Of a stretch of DNA of 64,000 bases, positions 38,313 through 53,302 are shown in pieces. Where the stretch lies: positions 1 to 64,000 of the forward strand of contig JAVKOQ020000065.1 in NCBI GenBank assembly GCA_031835245.2, given 5' to 3'. The position numbers were made by a program, and so were the translations under genes. The notes beneath the pieces were generated by a model, which was given only the letters and a program-made list of their open reading frames with translations, did no database searches and was not told the origin of the DNA. How positions within the stretch are numbered: position 1 is the first letter of the stretch; each line of letters starts with the position of its first letter. Source of the stretch: Balamuthia mandrillaris (lineage: Eukaryota).

Positions 38313-39531
38313 ATGAAGAGGGAAGCATCTTCTCCTCCGTGCCAGAAGACGTCGGCGTCTGAGTGCGCTTTGGGCGAATGTCGGGGCTTACCTCCCTTTT
38401 ATTTGGTGTGCTCTGTTGCCGGGGCTTTGAGCACCGGGGTGGCTCGCACGCTGTTCATCAGCGCGGACGTGGCCCAGCTGCACAAGGAGCTTCATCCATT
38501 GTCTTTCTCCTCCTCCTCCTCTTCTTTTCTTCGTTCCCTCCGCCAAGTCAAAACCTTTGGAGCAAACAACAACAGTTCCACGGTCTTCAGAACACTCTTC
38601 TCCGGGTGGGCTCCCACGCTGCTGGGTTCCTCCTTGTACGGCTCTTGTAAATTTTGCTGTTATGAAGTACGGATTGGCTCTTCTCTCTCTCTCCTCGTTA
38701 CTCACATCTTCACTCGTTCGCTAGTACTTTCGTCAACTCTACTCTGAAAAATGGGCTTCCGACAACCACGACCGCAACAAGGAGGACAACTGCACCGCCC
38801 ACAAGCACAACAACAACAACAGTGGAGAGCAGAGGGAAGAATGGGTCTACCTCGCAGCCGGGGCGAGCGCTGAGCTCATGGCCGGCATCCTATGGTGTCC
38901 CTTTCGCAGCGTCGCTGTTCGCATGCAAACCATCGCTTCCTCTCCCTCTCCCTCTGCCTCCGCTTCGACAGCAACAACGCCAACGATGAGGTCCACGATG
39001 AGAACGATGTGGAAGGAAGAAGGCCTGTTGGGAGGGTTCTTCAAGGGTCTCACTCCGTTGTGGTTGAGGGAGGTGCCAACCACTGCCATGCAATTCTGGG
39101 CCTTTGAACGTTCGGTGCAAATGCTTCACACTTACGTCCTGCCTCGTCCTCCTCTTTCTTCTTTCCCGTTTGCTCTTGATGTGATGTTGACGGAAGAGGA
39201 AAAGAGAGAAGAAGAGCAAAGGCGGAGGAGAAGACGGTTGATGGTCAGTTGTGTGGCGGGAGGAATGGCGGGAGGGATTGCTGCGGTAGTCACGCATCCA
39301 ACTCAAGTCATTCTGGAAGCAATGCGTGCAAGGCATCAGCAGAGGATAGAGGAGAAAGGGAGCAAGGAAGGGAGAGAACAAGGAGGACGAAGAAGAAGAT
39401 GGTGGTGGTGGAGAGGGCTTGGCGGTAGAATGGCGTTGATGGGAGGCCTTGGCGCCGTCCAATGGCTCCTCTACGATGTCATCAAGCTATCCGCTGGCCT
39501 TCCCACCATAGGATATTCCTCCCAGCAATAA
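38313..39531 (+). CDS. Divergent mitochondrial carrier (SLC25), phosphate-carrier-like, 2 exons
   Basis: GWAPTLLGSSLYGSCKFCCYE, YLAAGASAE, FFKGLTPLWLREVP..FWAFER, VAGGMAGGIAAVVTHP, WRGLGGR..VQWLLYD. Confidence 0.8.
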
Positions 39532-39626
39532 AAAAAAAACACACACACAAAAAGGATTTAAATAATAAACTGAAAAAAAAAGTGACGAAACAAAGCAAAA
39601 GAAACACAGAAACAAAAAAAAAATAA

Positions 39627-40856
39627 TTATTGCGAAGGGCCACCAGGAGGCATTCCCCTGCCTACAGGGGCCATACCTGGAGGAGGACCTCCCATCATGC
39701 CAGGGGGTGGCATACCCCGACCAGCACCAGGGGGCATACCTCCCATCATGCCAGGGGGCGGCGGCATTCCCCGCCCGCCCATCATGCCAGGGGGTGGAGG
39801 ACCTCCCATCATGCCAGGTGGAGGCATGCCCATCATACCTGGAGGAGGCATCATCGGGGCTCCGCGTCCTGGAGGGGGCATCATTCCGGGTGGCATTCCC
39901 TGTTGTGGTGTGTTTTGATTGTTTGTGATTGTTAATAGGTTTCATAGAAAAAGCGCAATGGTAAAAACAATGAGAATAAAGCGTAAAAGGAGAATAGAGA
40001 TAGAGGCATACCATAGGGCCGCCACGGGCGTAGGCCATGGGAGGTGCAGAAGCAGCTGTGTACAGGATAATAAACGAAAATAATGAAACCATTGAAAGCA
40101 AAGAGAGGAAATGACAAAAAGGAAAAGAACACGGAGAGAGAGAGAGAGAAAATTAGCTAAGTTGACGAGAAAGAACGGTTCAAAAGGGAAAGAGTATTAC
40201 CGGGTGAGCTTTGTGGCATCATGGAAGCAGGAGCAGGACCACCCAGACCGCGCACGGGGCCAGGTGAAAGACCAGGAGGAGCACCTCCACCCACTCCAGG
40301 AGGAGGCATGGCAATACCTCGGCTCGCAGCCCTTCCAGCACCAACACCTCCAGGAGCTACTCTTGTTCTTGTTTCCTATTATTCAAACCAGCGTAGCAAT
40401 AATATAAACAGAATAGAGGAATAGGAGGAAGAGAGAAAGCGAGCGAGCAAGAGAGAGAGAGAGAGAGAGAGAGAAGACTGTGAGAAAATAGGCAGAGAAA
40501 CAGAAGCAAAGAGAAGGGGGTATTACGTCTAAGGGAGGAGGGCCTTCCACCGACAAAGACACCACGCACTCTCCTCGAATAAGTACAAGACCCAACGTTC
40601 GTTTCTGTTCTCGCTCTTCCTTCACTTTTCCTTTTGTTGTGATTTTGCGGTACTCTTCGCAGTCGCCGAGCACTATGTTCATATGTTTATCAAAGGCCAT
40701 GAATTTGCCTACCAGGAGCCTGCTGTCATTGATCGTGACGCGCATCCTGTAGTTCATGTACTGTAGCATCTTACCGCTTTTTGGCATACTCTGGAGAACG
40801 AGAAAAAAAATCAGTGTTTGATTACAACGAAGGAAAGCGAGCGAGTGGGAAAAAGC

Positions 40857-40915
<59 letters not shown>

Positions 40916-40960
40916 GATGCAAGAGCGAGAGCAAAAAAGAGTAGTGAGTGAACCAACCAT
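39627..40960 (-). CDS. SNRPB: snRNP core protein SmB/B'
   Basis: [40 protein letters not shown]...[26 protein letters not shown] repeat tail; first coding exon appears to be ATG alone (40958-40960). Confidence 0.95.
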
Positions 40961-41748
40961 TTTGGTGGATCTTTGTTTGTAACAAGTGTCAGCTGAGAAA
41001 AATAAATAGAGGAAAAGAACTCCCTACGTTTCGTTCACACTGCGATTGATGAACATAACAAAAAGAGAGAGACGATTAGAAATTAGAGATTGATGATAAC
41101 AAATAACGGCTCTAAGTCAATCCTTTGCCACAAAAACCGGATGAAAATCAAAAAATGAATCAGCACGTACAAAAAAAAAAAAAAGAGGAGTTCTCTCCCG
41201 TGGACACAGATCTCGCTCTCTTGTTTTTGTTTTCTATCCTCCTCCCCTCACGACAACAGGAAAGCGACGACGGCGCTCTTTTTTTCCCTCTCCTTCGTCT
41301 TTCTGCCACGCGCTGCTGCTCTCTGAACAGGAAAAAAAAGGGGTCAGCAACAAAAGAAAAAGCGCCAACTACTCCCAAATGGCTCCTCGTGTCGATTAGA
41401 TCATGAATTCTCGTCGACTAACGATCCGCTCAAAAGTGACGCCAGCCAACCGAGACTGTGGATAAGGGAGCGGATAGGAGAGAAATCCAAGTGGACAAGA
41501 GAGAGGATAATAGAGAAATTTTAGTGGATAAGCGCGTAGATAAGAGAGAGGATAAGGGAGCGGATAGGAGTGAGGAGAATGCGTTCGTTTTTTGTTTTGT
41601 TTGTTTTGTTTTGTGGTTGTGGAATCGTTGTTGTTTTGATAAAGACATGGAAGATTGGTGCACAACACACCGACCAGGAGAATGCGTTCGTTTTTTTTTT
41701 TTTTTGAGAGAGAAGCAAATTTTTTAAAAAATAAAATGTAGAACTTTA

Positions 41749-42264
41749 TCATCCTTGAGAAACCTGATTACACATTACAAAACAAATATGTTAGGACCAC
41801 GGAGAAAACAAAGAGAAACAAAAAAACAAACCTTGAATTTGGGCATTCGCTTCTTCAACATCCGCTTGTACTCCCGCTCCTCCCTTCGTCGCTGCGCCTC
41901 CGGAGGAAGCTTCTCCAGTTCCTTCAGATAGGTTTGCTTCTTCTCCTGCTTCTTCTGTTGGGCCACTTCCTGTCTCTGCTGCAAGGCCTCCTTGCGTGCA
42001 GCCGACTCCAGTTTGCTTCGCTGTTTCTCTGCTTTGCTCTTTGCCTAAAGTTTTGTTTTAGAAAGGAAAACAGAAAGTAGAAAGATTTTGTAAAAAAAAT
42101 AGAGAGGAACATACCTTTGCGGAGACTTTGGTAGAGGCAACGAGGTCGATGAAATGGAGCGACATCTTCAAGAGAATCTCCAGGTTTTCGTGCATCTTTT
42201 GTTGAGGTGGGATTTTGAACACAAATCGAAGCACTTTCTTGCTTTATATTTTGAAGAGTGAGGG

Positions 42265-42305
<41 letters not shown>

Positions 42306-44143
42306 GGAAGAGAACATTAGGAAATGAATAAAAGAAATACGAAGAGAAAGAATGGGAAGCGTACAAATGGAGGGACGGATACTGATCTGTAAAGTGAAGG
42401 GACTCAAAGTAGGGTTCGTACTTGATGAGGGTGGCGGTCACGTGCTCATGCAAAAAGGTAGGCACCAAGTCCTTGCAGTCTGTCAACACTGTGAAGGAGG
42501 AAGGCAACAAGCCCTGAGTGCCCACTTTGGAGGCAAAAACTGCCTACAAGGTGGTTTAATCGGTCGGAAAGTAGAACAACATCAATAAACAGAGTGAAGA
42601 ATGAAGAAAAGGAAGAGGAAATAAAAACGAAAGCAAAGGAAGAAAGAGACAAAAGAGAAAAAGAGAATTGAACGAACCACATCAGGGTTTTCTTGGACAA
42701 ACTGTTTCTCTTTCTTAGATTTGATGACGGCAAAGACGAATGGCTCCATGCTCTCAGTATTCATGGGCACCTCAATGGTCTGAATGAATTGGTAGTTTAT
42801 TAGTCGCTTTCATTTCTTTGTTTAAAAGCCAACTGGACAAAATAACACTTGTGAAAGAGAGAAGAGAAGAGAACGATGAAGAGAAGAGAAGGGAGAGGAA
42901 GAGAGCGAGAGAGTGAGAGAGAAAGAATGGAAGAGAAACAGAGTACGAACCAATAAGTCGTGCGCTGGAAAGACAATACCATACAACAATGAGAAGAGGT
43001 CATGTCGCTTTACCAACTATTAAAACATGTGAGTAATAGCGATCCATAAGCTAGTAAAGAGTGAAAACAAGCAAACAAACCTCTAAAGTGGCCTGCAAGC
43101 CAGCACAGTTTCTGCGGCCAGTAGCGGCGAGGGTGAAGCAGCTTTGGCTCTCCTTCGTGAGAACAGCGCCATCTCCAACCTTGGAAAAGTTTTTGCGAAA
43201 GATATCCTGAAAAGCCAGAGCCCTACAACACAAAGCACGCCATATGAGTTGGGGTTGCTTTGCGACAGCATTGGAAGAGAGGAGAGGGGGGAGGGGGACA
43301 GAGGAAGAGAGTGGAGCTAGAGCAAGAAAGGGAGCAAAGATCAATGATACCAGGTTTGAGCCATAGTCTGGTTGACGTGTCGTCCATAGATAAAGTTGAG
43401 AGCGAACAGGAAAAGAAGACCCAAGTAAGCGTACTCCAGAGTGTAGCTTCGTGGTGGAAGATCTGCTCACAACAATAATTAAAACAAAAAAAATGATAGA
43501 TTCAGAGTGCCTCTCTTTGGCAAACGCAAGAACAAACCTGCGGAAGTGGTGGAAGCAGTCTTTGTTGAGGCTTCTTCCACAGCCGCTCCCTTTCGCTCCA
43601 GCTCTTCCAGCCCTACGAACTCTTCAGCGTCATAGTCATCCCACTCCAGCTCATCTTCTTCCTCGTCTCCCTTCGTGACTGACCGCTTTTTTTTTGTAAT
43701 TTGATCAAAGTTTTCATACATCAGCGACAAGCAAGGAAAAAAAACCAGGTTTCAGTGAGAGGGGCGTACTGTTGTTGCAGCAGCCTCAGGGGTAGCGTCC
43801 TGTGTTAGCTCGCCTACAAACTCATCTTCAAACTCCTCCTCATCAAAGTCGTCCACTGGCCTTTGAAACTTTGGTACCGCTTTGTTGCAAGATGGAAGAA
43901 AAAGAAAAAAAAGGAACCAAAGAGAGTAAGAAAAAAAATAGAGGATGGAAGAAAGCGAAAGAAAGACGAAGAGAAAGGGAAGGAAGGGAGGAAAAAAATA
44001 AAAGAGAGATGAAGCAGCATTCAAAACTGAAAAAAAAAAAAGGGAGTGGCAAAGTTACTTTGTGATCTAACGGGAGTGGCCAAGACAAATGCAACCACTA
44101 AAACAAGCAAAGATAGCCAGAACAACGAAGCCCTCCGAGACAT
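41749..44143 (-). CDS. CCDC47: CCDC47 (PAT complex subunit, DUF1682)
   Basis: Signal peptide, acidic lumenal region, TM, ATGRRNC..LELVKRHDLF, EPFVFAV, FESLHFTDQY, C-terminal LPPEAQRRREEREYKRMLKKRMPKFK. Confidence 0.88.
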
Positions 44144-44583
44144 CGGGTGAGAACGAGTGAAGCAGCTGGTCATCTTCTTCCCTTTTTTTTTTGTCCGCAG
44201 AAAACACAGGTTTATTTTTTTCTCAGTTTCCAGTGCCCACCAAAGAGCCGCACTGTGGAAGATCAGGCACGCCGCGAGCCAGTTTGCAACTGCCATCGAA
44301 AAACGGGCAAAAGCAAAAAACGTCTAAAGAATTTCTGTGGACACCTCTGACGTGTCCACACCAAGTTTTCCCGCTCTTTTTTGCCCAAACAACTTCCAGC
44401 CAGCGCCCCATCGGGAGAAGAGAAGAAAAGAGAGAGAGAAAAGGTTTGCAATGAATGAATGTGGTGGTTCGCTACGTTTTTCTTTTCTACCCCTTTTATT
44501 TGTTGTTCTCTTTGAGAGAAGAGAATAAAAAAACGTAGCAGCAGAGCACAAACGCGGCCAAGCGCAGAGTAGAGAGCGGAAAG

Positions 44584-46444
44584 ATGGCGGATGCGCAGGA
44601 TAACGAAAGGGAAGGATCGCCACCTCCGATGCTGCCTCCTCCGCCTTCTGTGAAGAAAAAGGAAGCGAGCCCCTGGTTTCAATCGCTCCCAGCTCCCAAC
44701 CTGGTTTCTACCCCTATTGCATTTTTTTGTTTGTTCTGTTTCCTTCTTCCCGTTGTCTAACTTTATTTAGTTTTCTGGAGCAAGTGCTTTGAAGCCATCG
44801 CAAGAGGAGAAAGAGAAAGGCTTCTCATTTGGCTCTCTGTTTCCTGCGCGTGCTGCTTCGGCTTCGTCTACAACTCCCGCAAGACCCACACTTCTTCCAG
44901 CCAGGCCAAAGCAGCTTGCTCCCGAGTTCAAACTGCAGGTTCCCTCAAAGCACCAAAGGGAAGCCTCAGTTTTTCCGCCTCTTCCTCGCCCTCCTTCTTC
45001 CGACACGCCTCCGTCCTCTTCTGCTTCTGCTTCATCATCATTGCAGAATGTCAGCAGAAAAGCAGAAGCACCTTTTTCGCTCTCACCAGAAGAGGAGTCT
45101 ACTTTCGTAGGCAGCACTCCTAGTTCTCCTTCTGCTTCATCAAGAGACGCCACTACACCGGTTATATCCGCTGCCTCCTCCCCCATCCACTCGCCTAGCC
45201 GTTCTCCTTACAACAGCACCACCGTGGAGCAAGTTGCCTCACCACCGGCTGTAGCAGTAACCAACGCAGTTCACTCTCAACAAACAAAGAGCAGAACCGA
45301 ACCTCAGACCAGTCAACTGATGAAACAACCTTCCGTCTTGAAAACCGCAGGTGCCCTTTCGCTGCCCCGAACAACCTTTGAGTTTACTTCAACCCCTTCT
45401 TTGAAGAAACCTGCATTTAGCTTCCAAATACCTACCGGACCTGCGGCAGAGTATGTGTTCTTTCTTATTGTTCTGCGTTTCTTTTTTTCCTATTTCTTTG
45501 TTTCTTTCTTGCTTGGCGTTTCTTGTAGTCTCTTGTTTCTTTCTTCTTTTTTTTTTTGGGTCGCATTTTACCTGTATTCTTATGTTTTGCTTTCTGTTGC
45601 TCTATGCATAGACGCTCAATCACCCACAAGAACACTTCTTCCTTTCATTCGAGTTCTAGCTATAAACGCCCCGTCTCTCCTCAGTTACCTGCTTCTGCTC
45701 TTACAAAAGAAAGAAGATCAAATGATTACGATGACGATGCATCCTCCTCTGCTTCTTCTGCTATCGATTCATCTCCACCACCAGGAAAGAAACGGAAGGA
45801 CGAACAATCAGAAACAAACGCATCGCCGCATACTTCCGCTCTCATCCCATCTTCTTTCACCGTTCAGCAACCTTCAAGCTATAAGGCAGCAAGCAGCGGC
45901 TATACCACCAAAGCCAAAGCTACTCCTCCCGTTCCCCGTGACGTTGTTCCGTTCGCGTTGGCGAAGCAACAATCAGAGAGAACCTTGCATCACTCTCCCT
46001 CGCTCTCACCATCTCCATCGAGCGGCGTTGATCCCGCCGAGCTTTTGATGCAACAAACGTTGAGGGTACTCTGATTGTTGGGCTTTGCTCTGCATTTGTA
46101 TTGATTGTTATTTGAAAACACAGGAAAAGGAACTTCGCAACAAAGCGGACGAGCTGGAATCCCTCTTTGCAGACAAGAAACAAGAGTACGCCACCAAGTT
46201 GGAAGCAATGAGCGAGTCCCTATGCTCCGCCACCGAAACCCTGAAGCAGCAACTGGTTCGCTTGTACGTGCTCAACAACGAAGTGCTGTTCCTCCACACC
46301 CCGCTATTGCAAGAAGAGGTCAATCAGTCTTTTGCCGCTGCTTCCTCCTCTGCTCCCTGTGGAGAAGTAGAAGAAGAAGAAGGAGACGAAGGAGAAGGAG
46401 AGGGCGGAGCACATAGTCTAAGCGCCATGGCGGTGGAGGAGTAA
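44584..46444 (+). CDS. Ser/Pro-rich disordered protein with C-terminal coiled coil, unknown function
   Basis: Exons joined by GT-AG introns; MADAQDNEREGSPPP... to ELRNKADELESLF..LVRLYVLNNEVLF. Confidence 0.6.
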
Positions 46445-46522
46445 CGCGTTGATTCTTGTGTGAAGAAAATGTTGTCGTCGACACAAACGATTCATGACGA
46501 CGTAGTGGACTGACCCATTCTC

Positions 46523-46628
46523 TGGGTCGACATGATCAGTTCAGAACGATTTTTGTAGACAACATGTTTCGTGGGTCGACATGATCAGTTCAGAACGATT
46601 TTTGTAGACAACATGTTTCGTGGTCGAC
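46523..46628. repeat. 49-bp tandem duplication (2.2 copies) upstream of DDX1
   Basis: TGGGTCGACATGATCAGTTCAGAACGATTTTTGTAGACAACATGTTTCG at 46523 and 46572, partial copy at 46621. Confidence 0.95.
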
Positions 46629-46686
46629 GGAAAAGACTTCGAATGAAGAAGAAGCGAAGAAAAAGGTTTTAGCACAGAGAGGACGG

Positions 46687-47232
46687 ATGACTGCCTTTGA
46701 AGACTTTGGAGTGCTGCCAGAGATCATTCAGGCCATCGCGGAGGAAGGGTGGGAGCTACCAACCCCGATCCAAGCCGAGGTACCCTCTTTGTCGTCTTAT
46801 TGATTGTATTGTACGCGATAGAGTGATTAACATTAACTCTGATATTCTCTCCTCTCCAGTGTATACCTTTGATCCTTGGTACACCACAAGTAGCTTATCA
46901 TAACTTCTTTCTTCTGTTCTTAACTGTTGCTTCTTTGAAGGTGGTGGCGATGTCCAAGCCGCAGCTGAAACGGGTAGTGGCAAGGTCGGTTACTGCTACC
47001 TCGTTCTCCTCTTGCTCTCTTGCTCTCTCTCTCTCTCTCTCTCTCTCTCTTGCTCTCTCTTGCTCTCTCTCTCTCTCTCTTGATTTGTGAAGAGGAATAC
47101 TGATGTTGTCTTTGTCATGAAAGACGGGAGCGTTCGGCCTTGCCATTCTCCAGATAGTATATGAGGCCTTGAAAGGACAAGCGCAGACCTCAGCACCCTC
47201 CTCCAGTAACTCCTCTCTTTCTCTTTCGTCGT

Positions 47233-47273
<41 letters not shown>

Positions 47274-50200
47274 TGCTTTCGTTGCCTTTGCTTCTTTATC
47301 TCTTCTCGATGTGTTGAACGGAATGTAACCGATGGAATGTTGCTCCACAGGCTCTGATGAACAGCCAGACAGGTTTCTAATGAGTGTAACCGATCGCGAT
47401 GCCCAAGTAGCAGTCAGCGAAGATGGTTTCTCTCATTTATTCGCTCTTATACAGCATTTTCGTTCTCACTTACTCTTTCCTTGATGCGTTCTTCTCTACC
47501 CAAGGACTGTTATGTCAGTGCCGGCAAGACTTGTGGTGTGGAGTCAAGACTGATCTTGGTTAGTATTTTATTTTCTTTAGCATCATAAACGCAACTCTTC
47601 TGACGAATGATTCAAACTGTTTACAAAACACAAAAGGTGTCATTAAAGGTCTATATTGCCCACCAACTGCAACAGTTTCCTGTTCTTCCATTTTGCTAAT
47701 GCTCTTTCTCTTCTACTTTAAAACAGGCAAACATTACTTTGAAGCATTGCCAATGGATGATGGCCTTTGTAGAGTAGGCTGGGCCATTACCTCTGGTTCG
47801 CTCAATCATTTTCCTTCCTTGCTTGTCGTCCCTTTTGATCTTAGAAATGAAACTGACTATTCTTGCTACGTCGCTTATGTAAAGCTTCGAGGAACTTGGG
47901 CACAGATCCTGGAGGTTTTGGTTTTGGAGGTACTGCATTCTCTCATCGCTTTTCATTATTGGTGTACATCTCACATTAAGTTCTTTTTCAAAACAGGCAC
48001 CGGAATGAAGTCAAACCGAAAGGTACTTTATTTTTGCAAGTTGAACACTTTGGTGCCCTTGTTCTCTTACCCTTTGCTTTGTGTTCTGATATGACAGCAA
48101 TTTGATCATTATGGTGATTCTTTTGGCAAAGGAGGTTCGTAGTAAACTCATAATCTCCTTTCAAAGTTCTCTAAAACATGAAAAACAGATGTGATAGGTT
48201 GTTATATCGACTTGGATGATGGAGTTATCACCTGGGCCAAGAATGGAAACATCTTTGAGAAGGCCTTTGACGTTCCTTCTCGCATGCGATCCTATCCCTT
48301 TCATCCTGCAGTTGGTAAAGTTCTCTTTTCTGTTTCTGTTCCGTCTTTTCTTATTTTTAATCACCATCAATGTGACACTGACACAACAAAAATAGTGCTT
48401 AAGAATGCAGAGATGCGATTTAATTTTGGAGAATCGCCCTTTCGTTATCCCCCATCTGAGCCATACCAGCCTCTTGCCCAAGCCACGCAAGAAGAACGAA
48501 TGAGCAGACACTCTGCAGCCGCTTCCGTAACTCCCCAACAGTACCCTGCTTCTTTATTCTTCTCTTCTTCTTCTGCTCGCCCCTCAAGAAAGCAAGACTC
48601 ACCATAGCAATTAAAATAGAAGAGGCAGCAGCCAATGTTTAGCCCTCATCATAGAGCCAACTAGAGAATTAGCGGAGCAAACCAACCAACAAATGGCGTT
48701 ATTCGGCAAGCATCTTCCCAACCCGCGCGTACAAACCCTCATGTGCACCGGAGGAGTTCCCATGGGACCTATTTTATCTGCCCTCAAGTCTGGTGCTTGT
48801 CATATTGTGTGTGTATCACCTTTCTCTCCTCTCTCATAAAGGCATGGTTAGCTTTCATGTGTATTTAACGAAACAATCAACAACAGGACAGGAACTCCTG
48901 GAAAGATTATTGGTATGTTTATGTAATGTGGCCGACTTTGCCTCTTCAGCAAGTTGTGACTAATTGTTGAAAAAAGATTTGGTGGAAACCAACAAACTGG
49001 ATATTTCAAATGTGCGATTTTTGGTGTTGGATGAGGCCGACAGGTTGACAGAAGCAAGCACTGTGAATATTATCAAAAAGCTGCACAAGCGTATTTCTAC
49101 GTCAACAACTACGCCATTACAGGTTGGCTTTTTCTCCTTCTTCTTCCTTCCTTTCTTTCTTTCTGCTTTCTGCTTTCTGCTTTCTGCTTTCTGCTTTCTG
49201 CTTTCTGCTTTCTGCTTTCTGCTTTCTGCTTTCTGCTTTCTGCTTTCTGCTTTCTTCCTTCTTCTTTCTTCCTTCATTTTTCTTCTTCTTCTTTCTCCTT
49301 TCTTCTTAGCATTTCTGTATTTTATTTTGTAGGTATTGATGTTCTCAGCAACGTTACATTCCCCTGAGATTAAACAATTAGCAGATCAGATTTGCAAATG
49401 TACATTTTTTACCTTTTCTTTTTAAAACATTTTCTTTACATTCGTTACCATAAACTAAACCTAATAATTGTATGTCTTCTCATTCGAATTAGTTCCGATT
49501 TGGGTTGATTTAAAGGGAAAAGAATCTGTTCCAGAAACAGTGCATCACGCAGTGGTGATCGCTGACCCTTCCACCAATCACGAATGGATGCACGCCCGCA
49601 CACAGATAAAAACAGATGAAATTCATAATCGAGGTAGGCTAATGCTTCCTTGTTATTCATTCCATGTTACTCTTCTTTCTCGCCTTTTGAGTTTCTATTG
49701 TTGTTTTTTGTTTATGATCCATTTTTCTCACAACTGGAAAGATCGGTTATCGCATCCAAGTAAATGGGACCCAAAGGCTCTTTCGGACGTGACTTATTCT
49801 CAAGCGGTCAAGTTGATGAAGGCGCAACTGCTTGTTCACATTTTAGATGCTTACAAGATGGATCAAGCTCTCATCTTTGTTCGCACGAGACAAGACTCTG
49901 ATAATCTTGAAGCCTTTTTACGCTCTTTAGGAGGCGGTTCTTCTCAAGGTTTTCTTTCTTGCAAGCTTCTTTTCTTCTTCCTAGCCTTGTACTTATCTTC
50001 ATTTCTGTTATTTTAGGAATGTTGGAGAATGAATATTCATGTGCTTCGTTGCATTCAGGAAGAGGCATGCAAGAAAGGTACGCTTCTCATTGTTTTTACC
50101 AACTTTTATATCCGTTCTTGTTGAGAGTATATATATATTTTTTTTAAACATACAGGAAAGAGAATTTAGAGGGATTTAAGGACGGAAGTATCCGATTCTT

Positions 50201-50466
50201 GATATGTACAGACGTTGCCGCCAGAGGCATCGACGTAAAAGAGCTCCCCTACGTTATCAGTATGCTTCTCTCACCTTTTCTTGTTCTTCCCTTTTCCTCT
50301 CCGCTCGCTTAATTCTTTCCTTCCTCCATACAAGACTATACGCTACCAGCATTGCCAGAGGATTACATCCATCGAGTGGGCCGCGTGGGACGTGCCGACC
50401 GTATGGGATTAGCCATCTCCATCGTTGCTGCTGGTAAAGAAAAGGTTTGTTCTTTCTTTCTTGTCG

Positions 50467-50499
<33 letters not shown>

Positions 50500-50951
50500 T
50501 TCTCCCTCTCTCCCTCAGAGAGATTATTCATACTATTTTTATTTTTTAGGTTTGGTATCATCAATGTAAAAGCAAAGGACAAAACTGCAACAACGCAGAC
50601 GAGTTAGAGAAAGGCGGTTGTGGCTTATGGTACGACGAGCCCGCCATTCTTAAAGCCATCGAGCAACGACTCGGCCAAACCATCCCTACGCTCGACGCAG
50701 CGCATCGCTACAGACTTTCATCTCCTTCAAAGGAGGAGGGAGAAGCGGAAGAAGAAGCAGAAGGAAAAGGAAAAGAGAAAGAACAGGTGGTTGAGGTGCG
50801 TTACGGACAAGCCAAAGATGGGAGTGGAGCTTCGGCGGAAGTGCTGCGCCACGTGCAGATGCTGAAACCGACGGTGGCTGAACTGGCGGAGAAGGAGATA
50901 CAGCTGCAACGAAGTTGGTGGTCGTTGAAACAACGATTCAAACCGAATTAA
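46687..50951 (+). CDS. DDX1: DEAD-box RNA helicase DDX1 (SPRY insertion), about 20 introns
   Basis: [92 protein letters not shown]. Confidence 0.95.
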
Positions 50952-51068
50952 AGCAGAGGGAAGAGAGATAGAGAGAGCAAAAGAAAGCAAGAGAAAGAAA
51001 GTGTTCCTTTTTTGGCTCGTCATAGTCATCATCGTGCATATACATTTGTTTCTTTGTGTTGTTTAAGC

Positions 51069-52973
<1,905 letters not shown>

Positions 52974-53126
52974 CTTCTGTGTGCGCGTGTGTGTGTGCGT
53001 GCAAACAAATCTCCTCCTCCTGCCACTGCCACTTCTAAGCAAAAAAATCTCTTTCTTTTTGGGTTTTTTTGTCGCTCCACACAAAAAAAAAAAAAAATGG
53101 AACAACAAAACCAACGGTGGCTTTTT

Positions 53127-53266
53127 TGTCGACATACACCGGACGTCATCTTTATTTCATGACGTCCCGAATAGTTCCCGTCGACCAAAATCTGATCTCG
53201 GAGATAACTGGTCGACTGTATTTTCCGGGACGTCACGAATCAGGGGAGGTTTCGTTCGTGTCGACA
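53127..53266. promoter_or_regulatory. Putative bidirectional promoter with GTCGAC / G(A/T)CGTCA(C/T)GA motif cluster
   Basis: TGTCGACA 53127 and 53259, GTCGAC 53180 and 53211, TCATGACGTC 53157, GACGTCACGA 53229; lies between RPT6 ATG and ATG 53303. Confidence 0.55.
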
Positions 53267-53302
53267 AAAAAGAAGGAAGGAAGTGAAAATAAATTAAATT
53301 TT

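Noticed and set aside
41045..41130. TGATGA motifs as a C/D snoRNA
   Set aside because: No matching CTGA D box with a terminal stem
43223..43350. CCDC47 intron donor GTATCATT as U12-type
   Set aside because: One mismatch to the consensus and no TCCTTAAC-like branch point near the acceptor
376..44143. TMEM147 and CCDC47, both multipass-translocon components, in one window
   Set aside because: They are 40 kb apart with unrelated genes between; no evidence of functional clustering
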